This document shows positions 22,001 through 29,051 of a DNA stretch of 41,312 nucleotides, piece after piece. Source of the DNA: a virus (Duplodnaviria > Caudoviricetes); IMG/VR virus record IMGVR_UViG_3300020045_011804, positions 1 through 41,312 of that record, one strand, 5' to 3'. Each line of letters starts with the position of its first letter. The stretch's first letter is position 1. The translations under genes were made by a program, and so were the position numbers. Under the pieces are notes generated by a model. It was given only the letters and a program-made list of their open reading frames with translations. It was not told the origin of the DNA and searched no databases.

Positions 22001-23053
22001 AAGGCTTTTAAGATTGTGCAACTTGAAAGGATTGATTCAATCGGTAAAGAAGTGTTGATTAATAATGCCTTGGATCAATACAGATTGGAGGCAAAAAATC
22101 CAGAAGCACTTGCAAAAAAGATTAGGCCAATATTTGGAAGTAAGTCTCTTGATGTAGTTGGAGAAATCTTAGCTGACGTTCCAAGTGATAATGTAAAGAT
22201 GTTGCTTTATTCTAAAGTGTTGGACTTTCAACCAGCAGCTTTGTCAGAAATGCCAGAATTTTACCTGAAGGCTGGTAATGGTCGAGTGTTTTACATGCTG
22301 AAAACTTATGGCTTGAAACAACTTGATGTATTCAGGCGAGAGGTAGCACAAAACCTTAAGAGCAAAGATCCAAAGCAGAAGATCCAAGGATTAACTAATA
22401 TGTTTCAACTGCTTGCATTACTTACACTTGCTAATGCTGGAGCAGATGAAATTAAAGATTATATGCTTGGTAAGGAAACAAGGTTTGCTGACAACGTAAT
22501 AGATAACTTGCTAGTAATGGGAGGAGCCTCACGATATACACAGATGCAAATAAGTAAGGAAGGATTTGGATCGGCAATGTTGCAACAAATTTTACCTCCA
22601 ATGAAATTTATAAATTCTGCAAGCAAGGACTTGAATGAAAGTTATAAGAATTATGTATCTGGAGACACTAGCAGCTTTGACCATGCAAGAATAGTTGATT
22701 CGTTACCAATAGTTGGGAAGTTGTATTATTGGCATTATGGTCGAGGGGAGGAGAATAAGAAATCGCTGGCTGAGAAAGATTTCTCTGAAGCAACAAAAGC
22801 TGCTGATTTGTTCAAAAAGCAGCTTGAAAATTCTACTGATAAAAGAACTTTCATAGAGGCTAACCTAGATCGGTTTAAGCAAATGAAGTTACAGGAGAAT
22901 TTTCAAGCAGCCTTGAATCGAAATAAGGCGGTGATTAATAAGTTGGAAAAACTTCCAAGTACTGAGAATGTCCAGATGAGGTTAGGTCAGCTAAAGAATC
23001 AACGAGAATTGATTTTGAAGAAATATCTTGATGTAGCAAAGACGATTCAATAA
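16085..23053 (+). CDS. Giant internal virion (polyvalent-type) protein with a zincin-like HExxH domain
   Basis: 2322 aa; Gly/Ala-rich N-terminal region, coiled coil, PGGKNY...AHIRF...EIQSDWHQ...PDAPF domain, and HELTH...NEFLA motif. Confidence 0.75.
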   Translation: MDEFDKMFGTPEANESDEFSKMFGEVNTPISNATIPDRTLGSNLKDVGISVAKGVIGAGQGIVGLADLPTGGRVGRGLETIGIKPKEWQKDLSEEYSLAQQAANKNVDSAKGFVNTAQAMLENPSTIAHSIIETLPSVAAGGVIGRGALAVGSKLAPQAITALGKTGSAIAAGAVGEGAIGAGQTAEEIRGNTTDGLLTAEQAGLAALSGVGTAAFGLVGGRLAKKLGFADVDTMIVSGLNPAKKEGFKGVAKSIIGGGITEGVFEELPQTVQETIFTNAALDKPLLEGVPEGAAKAIILGGAMGSGANLLPGTNVGPVKTPEELDIENRANNMLALDKDQLATGTKRLADELQINKDLLANPLKLDEKARAENIDPNELTAKLVYDNKKNQALLDKVNAEVKAKEELTKKKDAEEYAKLSPEEKVIKDVENKLIVQRETEALKINKRLDEIDRIETIFGKAYSKEADPEKKKQMADRVFSLRKEKNVLLDKQKQEQQIDNEIKAFDKQIAEAKKQYKEEKDLKKKEDILANVFELSKNRNDLLVQKTPQGAKEFAPYTTREERQKALEETLGTANRYFPSDKTAAESAQVIESEIVPKTLADYANQIINAKANQRADQREVARTPEQERNLRQIEDYVNYVQTYINDRFTPEERSVIENYWQGVKKELALRNEEMTPGTEAFMRKKFFETKLNEIEGNVKQDTNVNNDVTKNVVPSLAEQYKRQAWFQQIAKDLGDLPVTNSQDVQTEIPRNLPGGIRSAFTGEPTVEQFDALEEDNSANAWYSALEQAVTGFQQKQATPDQWKGMIKNYPGIKQEELDWIGLNEWLDKQNGKVSKDSLMNFIQENNVQLEEVILGDTADLNSRKGKIKALTDIYSPQEFDFFNSMTDSELDAEIEKEGIDYDVKETQYENMALPGGKNYKEIVLTLPTKEKQLSEEDMAIAFLKSKNIPFDINEDDVVELAAENYDDYFDSSFNPYGGNSYIHDHWPNIINPIAHIRFDERTDAQGNKVLFINEIQSDWHQEGKMQGYATTEQYDKIKAFAAEYGITIRTGPKEELPVKEQVLLKRAAENTIGLDLITDMIDAHKAEIQYAIPDAPFKKSWDLLTMKRMVRYAAENGFDKIAWSSTPEQVAQIENWGPIETRQTELGTSYFIHGNKNVSSIVHRYITDLPRMLNNEFNKGKWGNAKVEQTDVGLQKDGKVTKEEALKAYDNDEMVFLGTEVTGIRSEIIQYQGNDITIVMPDKVLSLPITERMKAKALNEGMPMFELSNGQTYNPSATTKQETNLGNILSQVKEAEGLTGQLGKFLSDFIPESKLDIKVVIDPSTKSAKYVGGNVNTITLRDPSQLNTSLHELTHAVTAREMKANPEITAQVKLLMERVKLKAAKEALLTPAQISLLETQNTSRGYKENISGNLRFENVAYGLLNENEFLAQAMGNAQFQELLKSTTIADKGVMRNAWDAFVELVMKALGIKDVNKNAFGETLSIIAKLAQQENVDQTGQMVNEELAIEQRLPQSEYDAVYAEKNNRLSEFVQNAGIKYHEIKLLADKAFGAISTRLKNVDPELSEHLRWLDFKTSQKIIDVLRTAKPLLEVTKIMSPVDKSEWNWARLNSDTGKIERIESKYGLTDQVKLLREKLDQIRLDAIEVGYDVGFIEDYWPRVIKDTEGFLQATQGISQRAEFTEAIRDKAKELGITQKQFEREYPELKADIISNMILGRYYGIGGPGNIKARVFENIPPEYAKFYMDADASLMQYVYSMTKKIEARRFFGKVPERISNLKSDRNRKQAELEKFKQLAEMARADNPEAFADYQERITQLNEDLVRIEEPLNVYKHQNDYTENIGAYIDEMRTTGRIQPKDEKTVKDILMARFNEQGTHGVVNTFKNAAYIDVMANPISAITQLGDLAWAMYVGKVWTPSGFLGTGKNLLKAISGSFDATKDRFGKSEVTKEDLGFERIAQEFADGTTLGKAVSKAFKIVQLERIDSIGKEVLINNALDQYRLEAKNPEALAKKIRPIFGSKSLDVVGEILADVPSDNVKMLLYSKVLDFQPAALSEMPEFYLKAGNGRVFYMLKTYGLKQLDVFRREVAQNLKSKDPKQKIQGLTNMFQLLALLTLANAGADEIKDYMLGKETRFADNVIDNLLVMGGASRYTQMQISKEGFGSAMLQQILPPMKFINSASKDLNESYKNYVSGDTSSFDHARIVDSLPIVGKLYYWHYGRGEENKKSLAEKDFSEATKAADLFKKQLENSTDKRTFIEANLDRFKQMKLQENFQAALNRNKAVINKLEKLPSTENVQMRLGQLKNQRELILKKYLDVAKTIQ

Positions 23054-23060
23054 TTAAAAT

Positions 23061-23092
23061 AAATATGATGTGGAGCAATCTACATCATATTT
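23061..23092. terminator. Bidirectional terminator between the convergent modules
   Basis: AAATATGATGTGGA-GCAA-TCTACATCATATTT, a 14-bp stem with a GNRA loop and A/T-rich flanks. Confidence 0.8.
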
Positions 23093-23099
23093 TAATTCC

Positions 23100-23294
23100 T
23101 TATAAATTAGTAGATATTTTTACTTCTCCAGTTTTAATACTTTTAACTAAAGGATCCTTTTGTAATGCTCTAGTAGCTAATTTAATAGCTTCTTCTTTAG
23201 ACTGTTTTTTAACCTGTCCAATAGTACAATCATCACCCCAATTATCAGTACATTCAACAAGTATTATTAACTCTACACTTATTAGATTTTTCAT
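23100..23294 (-). CDS. Hypothetical protein
   Basis: AAGGA RBS; last gene of the minus-strand operon. Confidence 0.6.
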   Translation of the reverse strand: MKNLISVELIILVECTDNWGDDCTIGQVKKQSKEEAIKLATRALQKDPLVKSIKTGEVKISTNL

Positions 23295-23315
23295 ATCAAT
23301 TTCCTTAAATTTTAA

Positions 23316-23745
23316 TTATATCAACTTTAAATATAGTTTCTTTCTTGTTTGGCCAAGAAGCATTTTTATTTCTTTAATTAGTTTTATAATTTCATCTATA
23401 TTTCCTTTCTCAGTTTTTCTCCAATCAGATAGTTTATTAAATTGATTCATGTAATAATCATCAGTTAGTGTTGATAACTTTTGTATAATGCTTTTATGAA
23501 TTAATGCTTTATGATAACCATCACTTCTGTGAATTATAGCTAATGGATTTTCTTTAGTAAGTTCTTTACTAATTAATTCATAATCAATGGCATCTGGTAA
23601 AGAAGTTTTGAAGGTGTAAGAATTGGTATTAAGTTTTGGAGGTTTGCCAGTATAGATATGAGTTACACTATTTGACAAGTAATCTTTTAAAGTTTTTTGG
23701 TTGTGGTTTAACTATAATAATATCATTAATTTTAAAATTACACAT
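23316..23745 (-). pseudogene. Hypothetical gene interrupted by one extra base in an A6 run (or a sequencing error)
   Basis: The AGGAG-preceded ATG at 23745 stops after 25 codons; removing one A at 23693-23698 joins it to ORF 23316-23678. Confidence 0.55.
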
Positions 23746-23755
23746 AATTTTCTCC

Positions 23756-24628
23756 TTAAATTATTTTATTCCAGGGCATCATGGACATTACTCGCTGCAT
23801 TTCTGGATCAGCAGCTTTGGATGTTCGTAATGCTCGAATGTGTTTCCATTCAGCGATATCTGCGGTGACTACGATCTCAGTTTTTATTGCGTTTGGTAGA
23901 ACTGCTCTGGCTTGCTGTGGTTTGAGACCTTGCGTAAATCCTCCAGGATCTAATAACTTCTTGTATATATTTTCAGCAGTTGCGTAAGAATCGTAAAATA
24001 ATTTTGAATGTGTATAAGACCACATATCAAACCCAGCAGGCTCAATAAACTCCATATCTTTCCCACCATAATTCACATATCGCTGACTTTCTTGAGCAAA
24101 ACTACATGGACGATGGCGAACAAGTTCATGACTAACTGCACGATTGCAGATAAACTTTGCCGAGTAGCGATGGAGTTCTTTAGGGATTTCGTTGTGGGGG
24201 CAGATTTCCCAGTCCCCTGAATAGGCGTCAGTTGTTATGTCGAACAATTTTCCCCATTGCTTCACAAATGGGATGAACTCAGTTCTGTAGTGAACTCTTT
24301 TTATTAGTTGGAACCATGCTGCGAGGTTGCCTCCAATGTAGGTGTAGTCACGAGTATCGAGCACAGTTAAATACTTACCAACTCTGCCTTGTAACATTGT
24401 TTCCGAGGTATCCATCCTTCTAGTTCGAACAACAAAATTACTATGCTCAATCATAGCTAAATGACCTGCGTTAATCAACTTCTTAACAAATCCTTCTGCA
24501 CTTGTTTCAGTGATCTTATCTTCTGACTTATAACAAGTCCTGCCGGCCATTTCGATAAACTTAATAGCAGATTCGTAATCTGTTGGTGCTGCTCCGTAGA
24601 ACTCGACTGATGGCTTTATTAGTTTCAT
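23756..24628 (-). CDS. thyX: FAD-dependent thymidylate synthase
   Basis: SHELVRHRPCSFAQESQRY (RHRx7S), AGRTCYKS and ARAVLP motifs. Confidence 0.95.
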   Translation of the reverse strand: MKLIKPSVEFYGAAPTDYESAIKFIEMAGRTCYKSEDKITETSAEGFVKKLINAGHLAMIEHSNFVVRTRRMDTSETMLQGRVGKYLTVLDTRDYTYIGGNLAAWFQLIKRVHYRTEFIPFVKQWGKLFDITTDAYSGDWEICPHNEIPKELHRYSAKFICNRAVSHELVRHRPCSFAQESQRYVNYGGKDMEFIEPAGFDMWSYTHSKLFYDSYATAENIYKKLLDPGGFTQGLKPQQARAVLPNAIKTEIVVTADIAEWKHIRALRTSKAADPEMQRVMSMMPWNKII

Positions 24629-24825
24629 ATCTTTTCTCCTTTGGTCTCAGGGCACCAGTCTGGAATTGAATACTCGTCATAGATATATTTCATTTTGTTC
24701 TTCCTACAATACCAAACTGTTGGAAGTGGTGCAGATGTGAATGGGCAATCATGGAGTTGAGATGAATTAGTTGCATGAAAGCAGTCTCTACAACGTGTTA
24801 TTTCTTGCTCAATTGTTACTTTCAT
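24625..24825 (-). CDS. Small Cys-rich protein
   Basis: CRDC...C...IPDWCP motif; overlaps both neighbours. Confidence 0.65.
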   Translation of the reverse strand: MKVTIEQEITRCRDCFHATNSSQLHDCPFTSAPLPTVWYCRKNKMKYIYDEYSIPDWCPETKGEKI

Positions 24826-25103
24826 TTTTTCTCCTCCCGTTTAAGAATTTCTATTATCCTATCGACTCCATTATCTATAACCTCCTCAGGCATAAGTTGC
24901 GCTGAGGCCCATATTTCATGAGCTAGTTCTTTTCGCTGTTTAGAGTATTCGTCATAGGCGGCGTTTAATATCTCTGCCCAAATAATACTCGTTGGCCCAA
25001 CTCCATAAGTCCTACCACACCCCTCGCATGGATGGTGATGATTTAGGCATCCTGGATGCCCGCACGATTCGAAGTCTTTAAGTTTTGATGTTTCAATGTT
25101 CAT
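24822..25103 (-). CDS. Hypothetical Cys/His-rich protein
   Basis: CGHPGCLNHHHPCEGCGR motif. Confidence 0.65.
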   Translation of the reverse strand: MNIETSKLKDFESCGHPGCLNHHHPCEGCGRTYGVGPTSIIWAEILNAAYDEYSKQRKELAHEIWASAQLMPEEVIDNGVDRIIEILKREEKK

Positions 25104-25423
25104 AGCTTATCCTTTTTCATTAACTGCTCTTGTTCCCATGAACCAATAGAAATTTTATTAATTTTACTTTCCTTAACAGGCTTTTCTTCTTTAACAGGTT
25201 CTTCTACTTTAACAGGTCTTCTCTTTTTTCTATTTTCAAATGAATATAATCCACGCCATATTTTATTTCTAACTGTTTGAACTTTAATTTTTTCAATATC
25301 AGCTATTTCTTGTGCAGTTAGATTGCCATGATTAGTTGGATAAACAAAAATCTTTTTAGTGTAAACATAGACAGTGCTTCTTTTTTCTTTAAATGGCTTA
25401 CCAGTGATTATGACTTTCGGCAT
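25100..25423 (-). CDS. HTH-containing DNA-binding protein
   Basis: LTAQEIADIEKIKVQTVRNKI HTH-like segment; GAGGT RBS. Confidence 0.55.
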   Translation of the reverse strand: MPKVIITGKPFKEKRSTVYVYTKKIFVYPTNHGNLTAQEIADIEKIKVQTVRNKIWRGLYSFENRKKRRPVKVEEPVKEEKPVKESKINKISIGSWEQEQLMKKDKL

Positions 25424-25430
25424 AATTACC

Positions 25431-25511
25431 TCATGGATTGATTAGAATGAATAGGCAATATGCCCAGGTTAAAAAGATCATAGATGCAAATAACAAAATT
25501 GATAGTTTCAT
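25431..25511 (-). CDS. 26-aa single-TM peptide
   Basis: Not in the track. MKLSILLFASMIFLTWAYCLFILINP, with AAGGA RBS. Confidence 0.5.
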   Translation of the reverse strand: MKLSILLFASMIFLTWAYCLFILINP

Positions 25512-25536
25512 TATATAGCTTCCTTAGATTAAATAA

Positions 25537-25806
25537 TTACATAATTTCTTTTTTATTACATTTTTCACAATACCTAACTGTATAAGGTTCGTAATCAGGC
25601 CATGTTTCTAAATTTGATGTTTGCCAATCTGTCCAAGAATGCATACAATCACATTCTTTAGTATGTTTTGATAAACATTCAGATATATATTTTTCAGAGT
25701 CTAAATAAAATCTAAATTCTTTATTGCATTTAGAACAAGTATGTATTTGATATGTAATAATTTCTTCAGTAATTATATAACTCATTTTAGTTTCTCCCTG
25801 CAACAC
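25537..25806 (-). CDS. Zn-finger-like hypothetical protein
   Basis: Two CxxC pairs; the true start is probably the second Met. Confidence 0.6.
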   Translation of the reverse strand: MLQGETKMSYIITEEIITYQIHTCSKCNKEFRFYLDSEKYISECLSKHTKECDCMHSWTDWQTSNLETWPDYEPYTVRYCEKCNKKEIM

Positions 25807-25825
25807 ACGGTTGCATTTAATCAGA

Positions 25826-26050
25826 TCAGCTTATACAAGGAACGGAAGGTTCAATAGTGTTACCAGATTGAATGATTATACGTTTAGTTAATTTAGGGAT
25901 TCCTTTAATAAGTTTCTTTTCTTCTATATTACCAAGAACCTTGTTAAGTCGCCTCACCATCCCTGCTAGCCATTCACCATGAGAGCGGAATTTTATTTCT
26001 GCACATTCATCCAGTGCGGTTTGGAGATCTAGTTCAGTTAGTGTTTTCAT
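25826..26050 (-). CDS. Hypothetical protein
   Basis: AGGA RBS; overlaps the upstream stop. Confidence 0.6.
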   Translation of the reverse strand: MKTLTELDLQTALDECAEIKFRSHGEWLAGMVRRLNKVLGNIEEKKLIKGIPKLTKRIIIQSGNTIEPSVPCIS

Positions 26051-26214
26051 AAATTGGTTCCTAACATGATACTTGAAAAAATTATTTTAAGCCATCCAAG
26101 AGTAGCCACTAACCATCCACCAGTAGAATGTATATTGTTGTTATATAATGCTAATACAGTATTTAATATACAAACAGTAATTACTGCACAATCAAGTGGA
26201 AATATTGTAGTCAT
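26047..26214 (-). CDS. 55-aa membrane protein (paralog 2)
   Basis: Not in the track. ...NNNIHSTGGWLVATLGWLKII...; GGAG RBS. Confidence 0.65.
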   Translation of the reverse strand: MTTIFPLDCAVITVCILNTVLALYNNNIHSTGGWLVATLGWLKIIFSSIMLGTNL

Positions 26215-26388
26215 TTAATATTCTCCATTGTTACTATAATTAAAATTTAAATATATAACTTTAATCCAACCAATACATGCTATAGCCCATCCAGTAATTG
26301 CATTAATATTTTGATCAAAAGTTGTTGCTATTAAATAATACATACAGAATGTTAATATTGTAAAATCACTTAGGTTTATTGATTTCAT
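26215..26388 (-). CDS. 57-aa membrane protein (paralog 1)
   Basis: Not in the track. ...DQNINAITGWAIACIGWIKVI...; ATGA overlap with the HAD gene stop. Confidence 0.65.
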   Translation of the reverse strand: MKSINLSDFTILTFCMYYLIATTFDQNINAITGWAIACIGWIKVIYLNFNYSNNGEY

Positions 26389-26708
26389 TTAGTTTCTCCA
26401 AGGAAAGTAAGAAAATCTTTATCATTTATTGCCTTATCGTCTACATAAACATCTGTACCACCTTTACCAAGCATAAGCCCATGAAATGGAACACCATTCT
26501 TAATACACCAAGCTGCAATAAGTGGAGCTTGTTCCCAGAGTCGTGCTGACCAAATTAGGATGATATTACCGAGGAAATAAAGCTCCCGAACCTTAGCAAT
26601 AACTGTTTGGTTGGGAATCAAGTTTATGTATGAATGTCCATCGGTTAGGGTGCCATCGAAGTCGATGTTATAAACAATTCGTTTAGAATTGTCTTGATAA
26701 GATTGCAT
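26385..26708 (-). CDS. Minimal HAD-superfamily phosphatase
   Basis: DFDGTL, WSAR and GK...DVYVDDKA motifs. Confidence 0.85.
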   Translation of the reverse strand: MQSYQDNSKRIVYNIDFDGTLTDGHSYINLIPNQTVIAKVRELYFLGNIILIWSARLWEQAPLIAAWCIKNGVPFHGLMLGKGGTDVYVDDKAINDKDFLTFLGETK

Positions 26709-27009
26709 TTATTTCTTCCTTAAAATGTTTTGGGAGTGAAACTTCTTCATCTATCCAATAATCGTTTAAAGTAATTCCTTTAATTTTTTCTATTTCAGGA
26801 GTACTAAATTTTATTTGACTTCCATTAATAGATGTAAATGTTCTATTTTGTTTATTGAAGGAATAATTTAAATCAAAAAATAATTCCTTAGCATATCTTT
26901 GAATGAAATAATCAATGCGTTTGTAGGTAGAGAAAATGATTATGCAATTCTTTTTACTTAAAAGATAAGCATTAGCTAGGAGTTTAATTTTATTATAATT
27001 TGGATTCAT
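26683..27009 (-). CDS. Stand-alone fragment resembling the terminase large-subunit ATPase core
   Basis: IIIFSTY...NGSQIKF...IKG...YWIDE; GAGGA RBS; no Walker A. Confidence 0.6.
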   Translation of the reverse strand: MNPNYNKIKLLANAYLLSKKNCIIIFSTYKRIDYFIQRYAKELFFDLNYSFNKQNRTFTSINGSQIKFSTPEIEKIKGITLNDYWIDEEVSLPKHFKEEINAILSRQF

Positions 27010-27203
27010 TTGGATTCCTCAATAAGTTTCCAACTTCTAACAGTTGCTTTAGCTCCGCGTTTATATCGAATTCTTGTTTTATTACATTGTTCTCTATGAA
27101 AAACAACTAATTCATTTGCTCGTTTTTCAGTCTTACAGGTGGATGCGATGTAATGCATACCCTTTCCCCATTGGATTGTGATTATAAAGGTTTCAATATT
27201 CAC
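27006..27203 (-). CDS. Hypothetical protein
   Basis: Overlaps both neighbours; GAGGA RBS. Confidence 0.55.
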   Translation of the reverse strand: MNIETFIITIQWGKGMHYIASTCKTEKRANELVVFHREQCNKTRIRYKRGAKATVRSWKLIEESK

Positions 27204-27478
27204 TTGCTTTCCTCCTCAATTAGTTTTGCATGCAGCATGCAAGCATAATGAGCTATTTTCATAAGATCAAGTTTTTGTTGTCCATCCCGAGAGTTCTTGC
27301 CATAGCGGTTGAGGTATTTTTTCATCTGAGTGATAAAGTCAGATTCACTGAACTCAGAACATTGGTCAGTTCCCTTATCTCCGTATTGGGGAATGCAGTA
27401 AAGTTCAATGTGATTGAATACGTTATCGGAAAAGTCTAGCCATTCAGATGAACGGAGTGAGTAATTGCGAGTTGGCAT
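27200..27478 (-). CDS. DUF3310-like protein
   Basis: KYLNRYGK...DLMKIAHY pattern. Confidence 0.55.
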   Translation of the reverse strand: MPTRNYSLRSSEWLDFSDNVFNHIELYCIPQYGDKGTDQCSEFSESDFITQMKKYLNRYGKNSRDGQQKLDLMKIAHYACMLHAKLIEEESK

Positions 27479-27481
27479 AAG

Positions 27482-27784
27482 TTAATATCCTAAAATATAT
27501 TGTTCAAACAACTTGGCTTTGCTAATAACTTCATTATGATTAGTTGCTGATACAGTAGATTGATTAATGGCAAATTGCAAGCATTGGAGTTTAATAGTTG
27601 ATTTTTCAGAAGCACTTAATGGTGCTGAAGATACTTTGGAGTTATTTATTGAATTAAATGCATTTATTGAATAATCTACACCATTACTAGTTAGATTATT
27701 TACTATTAAATCCTTAATAAATGGCTCAACCATTTCAGAGATTATTCTTTCATAAAATTCATCAGATACAGTTATTGTTTTCAT
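27482..27784 (-). CDS. Hypothetical protein with an RHH-like N-terminus
   Basis: MKTITVSDEFYERI. Confidence 0.5.
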   Translation of the reverse strand: MKTITVSDEFYERIISEMVEPFIKDLIVNNLTSNGVDYSINAFNSINNSKVSSAPLSASEKSTIKLQCLQFAINQSTVSATNHNEVISKAKLFEQYILGY

Positions 27785-27788
27785 AAGA

Positions 27789-28364
27789 TTAAATTTCCTT
27801 TTGTTGAATTGGTTCGATTCTGATCCCAGATTTAGTAGTAAGAAAAACTGGTTTATAATCTTTATTTCTTATTGGAGGTAATATTACAAGTAAATCCCAG
27901 ATTTGTTTAGCCAAATTAAATTTCCATGGAAGAATTAGGTATGGATTAATCATGTATGAATACTTTTCTGGAGTTAATAAATCAGATTTTAATTCCTCTA
28001 CTTCCGGATCTGGATTTTCAATTGGAATCATCTTACGAATTAAATCTGCTTCAATGAGTTTATTCAATCTACGATATATGTTTTCCATATTAGGTTGATC
28101 TATAAAAGAGTTCATTACTGCGATGCCAGTATCTGACAAAGCATTAGATTTTATCTCATTGAATAGATTAATTTCAGCCTTTGACAATGTAGCAAGGATT
28201 TCAAAAATATCCATTTTAGATTTCCTCGAATCTTTTCTGTTTAACGGACCTACCATGTTATATGGCTTATATTTTTCTTTGTAAATTTTGAATTTCTTAA
28301 CTATGAATTCATCATCTGCATCGGCATAAAAACTAATTGTGTTACCTTTACCAATTTGTTCCAT
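27789..28364 (-). CDS. Winged-helix protein, similar to plasmid RepL
   Basis: IYRRLNKLIEADLIRK...YMINPY pattern; GGAG RBS. Confidence 0.55.
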   Translation of the reverse strand: MEQIGKGNTISFYADADDEFIVKKFKIYKEKYKPYNMVGPLNRKDSRKSKMDIFEILATLSKAEINLFNEIKSNALSDTGIAVMNSFIDQPNMENIYRRLNKLIEADLIRKMIPIENPDPEVEELKSDLLTPEKYSYMINPYLILPWKFNLAKQIWDLLVILPPIRNKDYKPVFLTTKSGIRIEPIQQKEI

Positions 28365-28404
28365 ATAAGCTCCGTTAGAAAGATTAACTTTGTAATGAAG
28401 CTAT

Positions 28405-28433
28405 ATGGTAACATATTTTAGTGTAAAAGTCAA
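28405..28433 (-). promoter_or_regulatory. Sigma70-type promoter for the RepL-like gene
   Basis: TTGACT-17 nt-TACCAT with an extended TG, 40 nt upstream of the ATG. Confidence 0.7.
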
Positions 28434-28556
28434 CACTTTTTTAAATTTTAAGTGTAAATTTTTACAGTACCACAAGTGTGTAACTATGTGAAAACACTAA
28501 GAAAAAGTGAAGTTAGGGCACCCAAATAAACCATAGATATATTAAGAAAAGCCCGT

Positions 28557-28670
28557 TCACCGATGAACAACCATTTCTAACCTCTTTTCAATTTCTGTAA
28601 TCCTCAAATGATACTTCCTTTCCAAACTTGCTATCTTCATTAATATGTAAAGCTTGTACCATTTTAGCAT
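28557..28670 (-). CDS. 37-aa small ORF
   Basis: AAGGA RBS; MLKWYKLYILMKIASLERKYHLRITEIEKRLEMVVHR; its stop lies within palindrome copy 2. Confidence 0.4.
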   Translation of the reverse strand: MLKWYKLYILMKIASLERKYHLRITEIEKRLEMVVHR

Positions 28671-28694
28671 AACATAAATCCTTTAGTAATTTAA

Positions 28695-28943
28695 TTAACC
28701 TAAGAACTCAATTGATCCTCGCTTAAAATCTCCTGGCGACCATCCTTCATCTGGATCAATATCAGTCAAGTTACTGTTCATGGCATCGTTGCATTCCAGG
28801 TGCATATGACCGTGATTAAAATCTCCACTGAAAATATAAACTCTATAATTTGCATATTCATTAACATCAATCCATTCATTGCACCATTCGCATCTGTGCC
28901 GTTTTCTAGTTTTAACTTTTTTATCCTTTAAAATTTGTCCCAT
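28695..28943 (-). CDS. Small Zn-binding phage protein
   Basis: KTRKRHRCEWC...HLEC motif. Confidence 0.7.
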   Translation of the reverse strand: MGQILKDKKVKTRKRHRCEWCNEWIDVNEYANYRVYIFSGDFNHGHMHLECNDAMNSNLTDIDPDEGWSPGDFKRGSIEFLG

Positions 28944-28957
28944 ATCACACCATAAGA

Positions 28958-29048
28958 AAATGCCATCCTGTTAGGATCAACGAGGACTTGCCGAACCAAT
29001 TTGCCATTGCGCTCCATTTCGGTCACGCTTACCTCAGCGAGGGCACTT
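28958..29048 (-). ncRNA. Cloverleaf-like structured RNA candidate (element A)
   Basis: GC-rich intergenic island; hand-folded stems of 7/4/5/3/5 bp; a G-U pair indicates the minus strand. Confidence 0.5.
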
Positions 29049-29051
29049 AGA

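Noticed and set aside
23693-23698. Programmed -1 frameshift at A-AAA-AAC
   Set aside because: The -1 frame hits TAA two codons later; only a +1 shift restores the ORF.
28958-29048. HDV-like/theta ribozyme or attC site
   Set aside because: TCCTCG is present but the P1/P2/P3 nesting and J4/2 could not be built; no attC R-box/L-box symmetry.
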